DNA from: Paraspadella gotoi
Taxonomy: Eukaryota > Animalia > Chaetognatha
DNA length: 64,000 nt
Direction of reading: 5' to 3'
Assembly (NCBI GenBank): GCA_051294375.1
Contig: CM119265.1
Location: forward strand, 23,304,776-23,368,775
This document shows, one piece after another, positions 10,897 to 21,828 of this stretch; within the stretch, counting starts at the first letter, position 1, and every line of letters begins with the position of its first letter. The notes under the pieces were generated by a model, which made no database searches, was not told where the DNA came from, and saw nothing but the letters and a program-made list of their open reading frames with translations. A program made the position numbers and the translations under genes.

Positions 10897-13675
10897 GGGA
10901 GAGACGAATCCTCCGGAGCCCCGTCGAGTAGTTGCAAAACTATCGTCGAGATCCCCGGGGGAAGAGGTTGTTTCCCTTCCAAGAAAAATGGGAAATCCGT
11001 CACCAGAGTCTCGACTTCCCGAAAGGTGGGAGAAGGTGGCATGATTGGATGGAGGGGAGCTAATATGGAAGCAGGTGGAGAAGGACCAGGTTGAGAAAGG
11101 CCCTCCACCATCTCTTCGATCCAGGAGTCGGCCTCGGACGACGAGCATGGAGCTGGTTTCGTATCGTCGACCCAGTGAACGAGGGGGGTGGCCAGAGGAG
11201 CGCTCATGGTGGAGGGAGGAGGCGGGTCCTGAGGAAAAAGACAATCGGGGAAGATGCCCTCCGCAGGGGGGAGACTTTCTGGCGGACGAGGGGCCGGGAA
11301 GGTGATTTCCGGAATGGAAGTCTCCGGAACCGGAGTGGTCAAGGAAGACGTTTCCCGAAGGATGAGGTAGATTCGGGGGGGGAGGCGTCCCGAGTGGTGG
11401 AGGACGGAACCGCCACCTCTGAACGAAAGGGTAAGGAAGGTTCTGGGAGAGCAGGAGAGGGAGTGGTCTCACTCTCCTGCCAAACGATCTCTGGCGCGGC
11501 ACGACGTCGTTTCGGGGGACGCAGCTCGGCGGCGACAACTCCGCCCACTGGAGCCCGAGGAGGCGGGTGAAGAGGAGTCTGAATTGAGGTCTGAGTCGGG
11601 AGAGTCGGACCTCAGATCCCTTTCAATTGGGGGTTGATGGAGGTAAGGTCGAGGACAGACCAGGGGGTGGGTAGCGGGCATTTCCATCCCCGGTCCGAAG
11701 AAAATCCCCGGGAGGAAATTGGGAATAATGGTCTCAGCCACCCAGCTCCTGTTTTCCACCAAAGTCCGGGTTGCTGGGGCACATGAGGCGCCACGATGAC
11801 GGAGAAATTGGCGCCGGTTGATTAATGGGGGCGTGGGAGGGCGCGAGACCGGGTCCGGGATGGCGTGAGGCGGTGGTTGGTACCTAGGAGTAAAAGGAAA
11901 GAAATATAAAGATAAAGAAATGGGTAAATTAGAAATAAAACATAAATGAGAGTTCTAAAATAACATACGGGTAAGGAGGATCCTCCGAGTGGAAGATAGT
12001 GCTGGGCTCCACTATCTCGAAGGTGCCACAGAGGAAAGGCGGAGCGTTGAGAGGCCGAGGGGAGCGGGGAGTCATCATGGCGGTACCCCGAGATCCAAGG
12101 GGAACCGCCGAAGATCCACTGTTCCCACCGGACTTGACGCTCGGCCTCCGCCAGAAACTGACGATGAGGGTGAAGGAGCCGAACGACCAAGGCTCCGCAC
12201 CATGAATGTTGGGAGCGCCGGGGAAGCACTCCCACGTAGTTCCCCGGGACTCAGATGCAACCCCGCAGATCCTCTGTGGCCCCGACAGGGGGATCACGGT
12301 CGACTCGCCACCCCATGTGGGGAAAACAAGGGCAGCTGCGTCAACGGCCGGGTAGCTGAACAAGAAGGAAGGAAATCGAAATGAAAGAGTTGAGTCCAAA
12401 ACAAAATATAATTTTAATTTGAGACCAAAATAAAATATAATTTTAATTTGAGTCCAGAACAAAATATTAGTTTAATTCGAGTTCAAAGTGGAATATAAGT
12501 TTAATTAGTTATTTTATTGTTTTGTCGAATGTTGTGTTTTAAACAAAATATTAAGAGAAGCTTACCACAGTTCCAAAACAGTGTCGTGCGGAGGTATATA
12601 GAACCCTGGGGGGATCCCCGCACTCCGAGGTGTGCATTTCCTCTATGACAAATAGAGGAGGATCGGCGCACTGGCAGGTTCGTCTTTCTCGGCCGGCGAA
12701 GACGAAGACGCCGCCGCCTAGGGTCAGGCGGCGCGTGAGACGCAGCTCGAGAGTCAGGACCTCCGTGTGAAGCCGAGGAGTGTAGGGAGCCAGGAGAGCG
12801 ATGGGTGTGGGCCGGACGAAACTCGAGAAAATGAGAGACAGGACCCAGCGGAGTTGGTTGGAGTCTTGAATCTCGACGGGCGTTGCTGAGAGGCCGTTGG
12901 GAAGGAGTGCCGGCGGCCGAGGGGACAAAACCTCTGGAACAGCCAGAGGAGCCCCATCCTCGTCGAAGGCTTGGATAGCCAAGCCACCGACGAAAATGTA
13001 CTCCGTGGGCCCCGCACGACGAACTAAGAAAGCAGAAGAAAAATTGGGAACATTTAAAAGAAAGGAAAAAACCAAAAGAACATCAAAAAGAAAATCAGAA
13101 ATAAAATAAGCACCGAAGTAACCCAGTATTGTATAAATACAAGTAAAAAAGGCTATAAACAGGACCGAATTCCTCAAAATAAATGTATGTACAATTATAA
13201 CCCGAATGGATAATGGATATTCCTATTTTTAGACGTAAAACATATTATCAAATAGTTATTTTTATGTGACATAATAATCTCTTTGTTTAGAATAATAGTT
13301 AATAAAGGAGAGTTTTCTCCAAAAAGGATTTCTCGAGCATTTCGTCTTTTAATCAATTTGTCTTAATTAATTATTAGTTATTAATTATTAATTATTGATT
13401 AATCATTTCGTCTTTTAATCAATTTTAACCTAAATGTTGTACCGTTCTTATTATTATGGTAGTTATCCAAACCTTGCCAAGTTTCTAAACTGGTATGGAA
13501 ATTATTATTAGAATTACTGTTGTCACAACAAACTTAATAGCCCACGATATCCTAATCCTTATGTTATATTTGTTAACACGCCCTTACTACATTTATTGTA
13601 ATACTGTAGTTGACACCTATAAATGTACTGTACTTACATGAGTAGGATCCCAAAAAAGGCAAGGAGCAAAGCCAT
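10893..13675 (-). pseudogene. Antisense 4-exon accessory gene ORF1, copy 1 (13675-13638, 13023-12566, 12355-11969, 11883-10893), with frameshifts
   Basis: ACCATGG start; GTAAGT/GTAAGC/GTATGT donors; pyrimidine-tract YAG acceptors; boundaries conserved in other copies. Confidence 0.8.
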
Positions 13676-13751
13676 GGTTGAGGGTAGGGTATCGAGAGAA
13701 AATAATTGAAAAAAACTTATGGGTAAAAGATTTGGCGTCGAGAAAAAATTG

Positions 13752-13786
13752 AAATGAGTGAGAGTGATCTTACCGTCCTTTAAATA
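13752..13786 (-). promoter_or_regulatory. TATA box + Inr core promoter of the antisense gene
   Basis: TATTTAAA (13786-13779) begins 31 nt upstream of the A in TCATTT (13755); identical spacing at 19329/19298 and 51188/51157. Confidence 0.7.
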
Positions 13787-13938
13787 GGTGGCATCTCCCC
13801 CGATCGATCTTTCAATAAAGCTAACTTGGGTGGCCAGGTTGAAACAAATGAGGTGAGATACGTCAATTTGACGACGTCGTAATGAGGCGATGAAATCGGG
13901 AACCCTTTCTCAGCTGAGGAACAGCAGTTTTTCTTTGT

Positions 13939-13947
13939 GGGGGAGGG
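13939..13947 (+). other. Polypurine tract (PPT)
   Basis: GGGGGAGGG directly before the LTR TGTAAC; also before 17532 and 51350. Confidence 0.88.
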
Positions 13948-14377
13948 TGTAACGGATTGAGAGAGAGAGGGAGTTTCCATACAAGGGGGATGGAGATAAA
14001 AGGAGGAAGGCGGAACGCCAACCGTGCGGCGATTCTCCGAGAATCGCTCGCTGCTTTTTCCGAGAATCGCCTTTCTCCGAAAACTGTAAAGTTCGGAGAA
14101 AGGAGAGGGAGATAAGAGAGCACAAGGGAAATAGAAAGAGGAGAAGATATAAAAGTCAAGGAAAGGAAGCGACACACACAGAGAGAGAGGAAAGACGTAA
14201 AAGAGACGTGAGAAATAGACCACCGTGCTCTACAAAATTTTTTAATGTTTTTATCTACTTGTAATAAAAGAATAAACAAATAAACTCAAAACTACCTTCT
14301 TCTTTCTAAAAACTTTCACGTTAAAGCCAAACGGTTCACGCCGAGCTAGCGAGTTGTTTGTAGCGTTAGATGCTACA
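13948..14377 (+). mobile_element. 3' LTR of Gypsy copy 1
   Basis: PPT-preceded TGTAACGG...GATGCTACA; homologous to the other LTRs. Confidence 0.92.
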
Positions 14378-16157
14378 GTAAAGACGAATTGTACCTATGT
14401 TAGGATTACGACGTCGGATTTTCGTGTGGCCCGTGGGAGTCGGATGGGGCCACGTTGAGGGGGTGGCCAACGGAGCGCTCATGGTGGAGGGAGGAGGCGG
14501 GAGATCTTGAGGAAAAAGAAAATCGGGGAAAATGCCCTCTGCAGGGGGGAGACTTTCCGGTGGACGAGGGGCTGGGAAGGTGATTTCCGGAATGGAAGTC
14601 TCTGGAACCGGAGGGGTCGAGGATGACGTGTCCCTAAGGATGAGGTAGATTCGGGGGGAGGCGTCCTGAGTAGTGGAAGAGGAAGGAGCCGCCACCTCCA
14701 GATGAGAGGGTAAGGGGGGTTCTGGGAGAGCAGGAGAGGGAGTGATCTCACTCTCCTGCCAAACGATCTCGGGCGCGACACGTCGTTTCGGGGGGTTTTG
14801 GAAGAATGTTTCTTTGGGGGACGAAACTCGGCGGCGACAGCCCCGCCCGCTGGAGTCCGTGGAGGCGGGGGAAGAGGAGTCCGAGTTGAGGTCCGAATCG
14901 GGAGAGTTGGACCTCAGATCCCTTTCCATTAAAGGTTGATGAAGATAAGGTCGAGGACAGACCAGGGGATGGGTAGCGGGCATCTCCATCCCTGGTCCAA
15001 AGAAAATCCCCGGGAGGAAATTGGGGTTAATGGTCTCAGCCACCCAGCTCCTATTCTCAACCAAAGTCCGGGTAGCCGGGGCACATGCGGCGCCACGGTG
15101 AAGGAGGAATTGGCGCCGGTTGTCTAGTGGGGGCGTGGGAGGGCGTGAGACCGGGTCTGGGACGGCGTTAGAAGGTGGTTGGTACCTAGGAGTAAAAGAA
15201 AAGAAATATAAAGAAAAAGAAATGGGTAAATTATAAACAAAACATAAATGATGAGAATTCTGAAGTAACATACGGGTAAGGGGGGTCCTCCGAGTGGAAG
15301 ATAGTGCTTGGCTCCACTATCTCGAAGGTGCCACGTCGAGGAAAGGGGGAGCGTTGAGAGGCCGAGGGGAGTGGGGAATCATCATGGCGGTACCCCGAGA
15401 TCCAGGGGGAGCCACCGAAGATCCACTGCTCCCACCGGACTTGACGCTCGGCCTCCGCCGGAAACTGACGGCGAGGGTGAAGGAGCCGAACGACCAGGGC
15501 TCCGCACCATGAATGCTGGGAGCGCCGGGGAAGCAATCCCACGTAGTTTCCGGGAACTCCGATGCAGCCCCGCAGATCCTCGGTAGCCCCGACGGGGGGA
15601 TCCCGGTCGACGCGCCACCCCATGTGGGGAAAACAAGGGCAGCTGCGTCGACGCCCGGGTAGCTGAACAAGTAGGAAGGAAATCAAAATGGAAAAGTAGA
15701 GTATAGGACAAAATATAATTTTATGTAACAGATTGAGAGAGAGAGGGAGTTCCAAAAGGNNNNNNNNNNNNNNNNNNNNNNNNNTAGCGAACGGAGATGG
15801 AAAGAAGGAAAAGGCGGGACGCCAGCCGCGTCGCGCGAGAGTCGCTCGTCCCCGCTTTTCGGACGAAAAAGGAGAAGGAGATAGAGACAGGGAAATAGAA
15901 GGAGGAGAAGATATAAAAGGTGAAGAAAAAGGAGAGCGGCAGAAAGTAGAGTAAGAGGAAGTAAGCAGTAAAGAGAAGAAAAGTCGTATACCACCCTGCT
16001 GTAAAAATCTTCATTTTTTTGTATTATCTACTTGAAATAAAAGAATAAACAAATAAACTCAAAACTACCTTCTTTCTTCTAAAAAACTTTTCACGTTGGA
16101 ACAAACGGTTCACTTCGAGCTAGCGAGTTGTTTTGTAGCGTTAGATGCTACAAAAAT

Positions 16158-16175
16158 TGGCGACCTTGCCAGGAT
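16158..16175 (+). other. Primer binding site, tRNA-Arg-like
   Basis: TGGCGACCTTGCCAGGAT 5 nt after the LTR end; resembles the tRNA-Arg PBS (TGGCGACC...) of 412/mdg1-type elements. Confidence 0.8.
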
Positions 16176-16859
16176 CGTGGCGAACGCAACTCGCACTCTG
16201 GCTCCTGAGGAGACCGGCCTTACTCTACGCTTCCATCATTAAACTCCATCCTCGTTCTTTTGGAGATCTTTCTGGCGGGTCTGCTAATTCCGATATGCAG
16301 AAGAATCGCCAGAACCCCCAGTTTCCTGGGAATTCGCCTTTGTTGAGACACCGACATTGGAACCCACACCAGTCCCCGGCCGCCGGGAATCCATCAGCTC
16401 CTGCCGACCCCGCCACACCCACAGGAGCGGATCGTGAGAGAGAGGAGCCATCATCCTGGCTTCTCCACTCCCCGACGTCGTTCCCCTCACCCGTGCGCTC
16501 CTACCTCACCATCCGGAGACCAAGGGGAACTGTCTGTCCGCGGCCTATTACCAGGCTTTCACTGTTAGTCGGAGACTTGGTTACGCGACAGGAGAGCTTC
16601 AGCCAACAAATGGGAGTGGTGATGGAGGAACTCAACAACAACAATCATTCTGAGGTGAGCGAGAGAGGTGTTGGATGGAGGAGTTGGTTGATGAAGTGAC
16701 ATGCCTGCGCCGGCGAGCAACCCGACTGGAGCCGCGCGAGAGTGAGGAGGACGGAGCGGTGTTGGAGGAGCGTCGGCAGCCAAGGTTGCTCAGGACAGCC
16801 AGTGACCGCTGTGCAGGTTCAGTCGCCGCTGGAGGGAGCAGTACAAACCCTTCGTCTCA

Positions 16860-17340
16860 CTGCGCCGCGTAAAACCCTGACTTTCCTCGTTATACTGATG
16901 GAGATTCCATTCGCTGCCTTCTCAGCAGCGTTTGAGGGTGAGGCACAGGCTTGTGAGGTTCCACGGAAAAACTGGAGAGCAAAGTTCGTCGCTCTCTTGA
17001 AGGGATCGGCCTCGACCCTGCCGCTAAACTTCGTTATCAGAGGAACCGTCATCAACGTACGAGGACGTGCGCGACCATCTTGTCAGACTTTGGAGCGAGA
17101 GCAGGATGTGCGCACGCTATCGACTGTTGGAACGCCTCCAAGGAGGAAGGTGAGGGCCTTACAGCTTTTCGCTGTCAGGCTGAGAAACTTGACCGTTTTA
17201 AAGCGTACGGTCAGGAATACACCAGCCGACAGATAGAGGACAAGGCCCTGGAGATTTTTCTTGAACAAATCTCAAAGGGGAGCTTGCGACAAATGCGGTT
17301 GAGATTTCCCAAACAGCTGGGACGAGGCTGTAAGATTGCA
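16860..17340 (+). pseudogene. gag: gag capsid-like remnant
   Basis: FAAFSAAFEGEAQACEVPRKNWRAKFVALLKG...AYGQEY aligns with the gag-like ORF at 20126-21239; lies downstream of the PBS. Confidence 0.75.
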
Positions 17341-20125
17341 ATTAAAGTGATCTTACCGTCCTTTAAATAGGTGGCATCTCCCCTGATCGATCTTTCAATA
17401 AAGTTAACTTGGGTGGCCAGGTTGAAACAAATGAGGTGAGATGCGTCAATTTGACGACGTCATAATGAAGCGATGAAATCGGGAACCCTTTCTCGGCTGA
17501 GGAACAGCTGTTTTTTCTTTGTGGGGGAGGGTGTAACGGATTGAGAGAGAGAGGGAGTTCCACAAGGGGGGACGGAGATAAAAGGAGGAAGGCGGGACGC
17601 CAACCGCGCGGCGATTCTCCAAGAATCGCTCGCCGCATTTTCCGAGAATCGCCTTTCTCCGCGAACTGCAATTCTCGGAGAAAGGAGAAGGAGATAAAGA
17701 CAGGGAAATAGAAAGAGGAGAAGATATAAAAGTCAAGGAGGAAAGGAAGCGACACAGTGAGAGGAAAAAGACGTAAGAGAGGCATGAAAAATAGACCATC
17801 ATGCTGTACAAAATTTTTTAATGTTTTATCTACTTGTAACCAAAGAATAAATAAATAAACTCAAAACTACCTTCTTTCTTCTAAAAACTTTTCACGTTGG
17901 AACCAAACGGTTCACTTCGAGCTAGCGAGTTGTTTGTAGCGTTAGATGCTACATTTAATTTGAGTCCAGGACAGAATATAATTTTAATCCAGGACAAAAT
18001 ATAATTTTAATTTGAGTCCAGAACAAAATATTGGTTTAAATCGAGTTCAAAATGAAATATAAGTTTAACGAGTTATTTTATTGTTAATCGAATGTTGTGT
18101 TTTAAACAAAATATTAAGAAAAGCTTACCACAGTTCCGAAGCGGTGTCGTGCGGAAGTGTATAACACCCTGGGGGGATCCCCGCACTCCGAGGTGTGCAT
18201 CTCCTCTATAACGAATAGAGGAGGATCGGCGCACCGGCAGGTTCGTCTCTCGAGCGGCGAAGACCCCGCCGCCTAGAGTCAAGCGGCGCGTGAGATGTAG
18301 CTCGAGAGTCAGGACCTCCGTGTGAAGCCAAAAAGTGTAGGGAGCCAGGAGAGCGGCGGGTGTAGGCCGGACGAAGTTCGAAAAAATGAGGGACAGGACC
18401 CAGCGGAGTTGGTTGGGGTCCTGGATCTCGATGGGCATTGCCGAGAGGCCATTGGGAAGGAGTGCCGGCGGCCGAGGTGACAAAACCTCTGGAATGGCCA
18501 GAGGAGCCCCATTCTCGTCGAAGGCTCGGATGGCCAGGCCCCCGACGAAAATGTACTCTCTATGAGCCCCGCACGACGAACTAAGGAAGCAGAAGGAAAA
18601 TGGGGGAACATTTAAAAGAAAGGAAAAAACCAAAAGAACATCGAAGAGAAAATTAGAAATAAAATAAGCACCGAGGTAACCCAGTATTGTATAAATACAA
18701 ATAAAAAGGCTATAAAAAAAAAAAAACCGAATTCCTTAAAAATAAATGTTGTATGTACAATTATAACCCGAATGAATAATCAAAATTATTCCTAATTTTA
18801 GACGTAAAACATATTATTCAATAGTTATTTGTTATGTGACATAATAATCTCTTTGTTTAGAAAAATAGTTTTCTCCAGAAAAGGATTTCTCGAGCATTCC
18901 GTCTGTTGATCAATTTGTCTTGATTAATTGTTAATTATTAATTATTGATTATTGATTGATCATTTCGTCTCTTAATCAATTTCAACCTAAATGTTGTACC
19001 GTCATTATTATTATATTAGTTATCTAAACCTTGCCAAGTTTTTAAACTGGTACGGAAATTATTATTACTGTTGTCACAACAAACTTAATAGCCCACAATA
19101 TCCAAATTCTTATGTTATATTTGTTAACACGCCCTTACTACATTTATTGTAATACTGTAATTGACACCTATGAATGTACTGTACTTACATGAGTAAGATT
19201 CCGAGAAGGGCCAGGAGCAAAGCCATGGTAGGGTACCGAGAGGAAAATAATTGATAAATTTGTGAGTAGAAAATTTGGTGTCGAGAAAAAATGGAAATGA
19301 GTGAAAGTGATCTTACCGTCCTTTAAATAGGTGGNNNNNNNNNNNNNNNNNNNNNNNNNNNNNNNNNNNNNNNNNNNNNNNNNNNNNNNNNNNNNNNNNN
19401 NNNNNNNNNNNNNNNNNNNNNNNNNNNNNNNNNNNNNNNNNNNNNNNNNNNNNNNNNNNNNNNNNNNNNNNNNNNNNNNNNNNNNNNNNNNNNNNNNNNN
19501 NNNNNNNNNNNNNNNNNNNNNNNNNNNNNNNNNNNNNNNNNNNNNNNNNNNNNNNNNNNNNNNNNNNNNNNNNNNNNNNNNNNNNNNNNNNNNNNNNNNN
19601 NNNNNNNNNNNNNNNNNNNNNNNNNNNNNNNNNNNNNNNNNNNNNNNNNNNNNNNNNNNNNNNNNNNNNNNNNNNNNNNNNNNNNNNNNNNNNNNNNNNN
19701 NNNNNNNNNNNNNNNNNNNNNNNNNNNNNNNNNNNNNNNNNNNNNNNNNNNNNNNNNNNNNNNNNNNNNNNNNNNNNNNNNNNNNNNNNNNNNNNNNNNN
19801 NNNNNNNNNNNNNNNNNNNNNNNNNNNNNNNNNNNNNNNNNNNNNNNNNNNNNNNNNNNNNNNNNNNNNNNNNNNNNNNNNNNNNNNNNNNNNNNNNNNN
19901 NNNNNNNNNNNNNNNNNNNNNNNNNNNNNNNNNNNNNNNNNNNNNNNNNNNNNNNNNNNNNNNNNNNNNNNNNNNNNNNNNNNNNNNNNNNNNNNNNNNN
20001 NNNNNNNNNNNNNNNNNNNNNNNNNNNNNNNNNNNNNNNNNNNNNNNNNNNNNNNNNNNNNNNNNNNNNNNNNNNNNNNNNNNNNNNNNNNNNNNNNNNN
20101 NNNNNNNNNNNNNNNNNNNNNNNNN

Positions 20126-21239
20126 TTTGCGAATTGTCGTACTCACGTCCATAGGCGCGAACGGCAAGTGTTTGGAGACGGGCGGCATACATGAGCATAG
20201 TTTCTTCCTTCTTCTTAACCGCGCTCTCCAGCTCATGACGAGCTGCTTCATCTAGCGAAGTTTCCAACCAGTCGAAGAGATGGTCACGCACCTCGTTGTA
20301 TGTAGCGTCCATTCCCGCGGCCTTCCTCGCTTGGATGAAGTTGGTAGCCATTGTGCGCAGAACTCCTTTTAGTAGTGCTACAAACTTCCCCCGCCAAACT
20401 TTGCGTGGCATCTCACTAGTCATCACCTCCTCTTCAAAGGCAAAGGCGAAGCTCCTCAAGGAATCGCCATCCTCGTACTTTGGAAAAGTTGGTCGGAGCG
20501 GCGCTCGTATGGTGAAGCGGCCCAGACGACTCCCCACAGGAACGACGACGGACTCCACATCGTCGGCTGCGGCGGCGGCGGCTGCCGTCGCTATTGGTGT
20601 ACGCACGGAAGTGATCGTAGTCGTAGCGGCCGTACTCGTCGTGGGCGTCGTTGTGGTGGGCGCGTCGATCTCGTCGTGACCGACGGCGTCGGCCTCGTCG
20701 TAGCCGGATTCGTCGGATCCGGAAACAAGCGCGGAAGAGGGAGGAGAGAGCTTAACGGCCACAATCGGCGGAACTGAGGCCGGTGGACGCGGAAATGGCG
20801 GCGCGGGCGGCATAACGGTCGCCGCCGGCGACGCCGGAAATGATGCTGAAAACGTCGACGAGACGGACGGTGCTCGCTCGGGCGGCGAAAAGGTGACCGT
20901 CGGAACCGAAATATGAGGCGGAGCGAGATTCTCCTCTTTAGACAAAAGTACCTGCATCGTAGCGGCAACTTGCGCCTGTTGTTGTTGCATCTGTATCATC
21001 TGGCTCATCATTTGCCCGAGAAGAGTCATCATCGTCTCTGCGGTCGCTGGCGGCAATTGAGTCGGAGGCGGTGGCGGGGACGGCGAATCCGTCGACGACG
21101 GAGTTTCCGCCCCTGGTGGTTTCGGTTCCGGTTCCATGTCGTCGATGACGTCGGCGTGCACGAAAAACGATAATGGCGATGACGAAGGCGATTTGCGCCA
21201 CAAGGGTGAGGGCGCTGAAGCTTGTAGAAGTCGGGTCAA
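20126..21239 (-). CDS. gag: Retrotransposon Gag-like protein (runs into gap)
   Basis: Open ~370 codons: Pro/Ser/Thr-rich N-terminus, then a helical capsid-like domain FPKYEDGDSLRSF...FVALLKG...YNEVRDHL...ETMLMYAARLQTLA. Confidence 0.78.
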
Positions 21240-21269
21240 TATGATGGCAGAAATAGTTTATTTCATTAC

Positions 21270-21828
21270 AAGTGTTAAAGAACACTTCACAAAATTATAT
21301 GAAGGCAAAAATAGTGGAGACTAGAAATAATTATTATAAGGTTCTCTCTGATGCTTCAGAGTTATTGCTTTTATATCTTTGCTCATGTGGAGGGGGTCGA
21401 GAATCGCCCAAGTCTCCCGATTGGCGGACGGTCGCGTCAGAGACGCGGCCGTCCCCCAATCAGCTCCTTACATGTTGTCCGACGCGCGGCAACGCCTCTC
21501 TCAAAGTCCACATTTTTGTACGTCATCGACAACAACGACAACAAGAATCCTGCCGCCTTTCTTACTTTCAATTTTATGGTCTTAAACGTCAAGATGCTAA
21601 GAGAGAGAGAGAGAGAGACAGAAAATAGTAAATGGAGAGATATTTTTAGAGAGAGTGGTTATATCCGGGATGTACGTGAGCGACTGAGAATTTCGAAGAC
21701 GAGGGAGAAGAAAGCGAGAAGACGAAGGGGAGGACGGAGACGAGACAGAGGCCTATTCCTTATATTTGACTTTAGAACCAAACGGTTCACGCCGAGCTAG
21801 CGAGTTGTTTGTAGCGTTAGATGCTACA
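21270..21828 (+). mobile_element. Second LTR-like repeat sharing the U5 terminus of the main family
   Basis: Ends AAACGGTTCACGCCGAGCTAGCGAGTTGTTTGTAGCGTTAGATGCTACA; body differs and matches 61130-61660 and 29870-30048; left boundary uncertain. Confidence 0.6.

Larger units (their letters stand above)
15724..17953 (+). mobile_element. Nested, internally deleted Gypsy element (LTR-PBS-gag remnant-PPT-LTR)
   Basis: LTRs 15724-16152 and 17532-17953; TSD TTTA on both sides; PBS and PPT present. Confidence 0.9.
14455..19226 (-). pseudogene. Antisense accessory gene ORF1, copy 2 (19226-19189, 18580-18129, 15662-15274, 15185-~14455), intron 2 interrupted by a nested LTR element
   Basis: Spliced frame MALLLALLGILLI-SSCGAHREYIFVGG...; exon 3 is an open 389 nt (LPGRR...EDPPYP); exon 4 YQPP... 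is in frame; one 2-nt frameshift in exon 2. Confidence 0.8.

Noticed and set aside
11929-12462. ORF reading YPAVDAAALVFPTWGG as the exon 3 product
   Set aside because: Copies at 15.3-15.7 and 47.3-47.6 kb show that the phase-compatible open frame is LPGRR...EDPP; this frame results from an indel in copy 1
13766-13775. Conserved minus-strand GTAAGA as donor of an upstream non-coding exon
   Set aside because: No conserved AG acceptor at the pyrimidine tract before the ATG; the site sits between TATA and Inr, so it is better explained as promoter
19313-20251. Long ORFs containing X runs (also 7189-7518)
   Set aside because: Artefacts of N gaps
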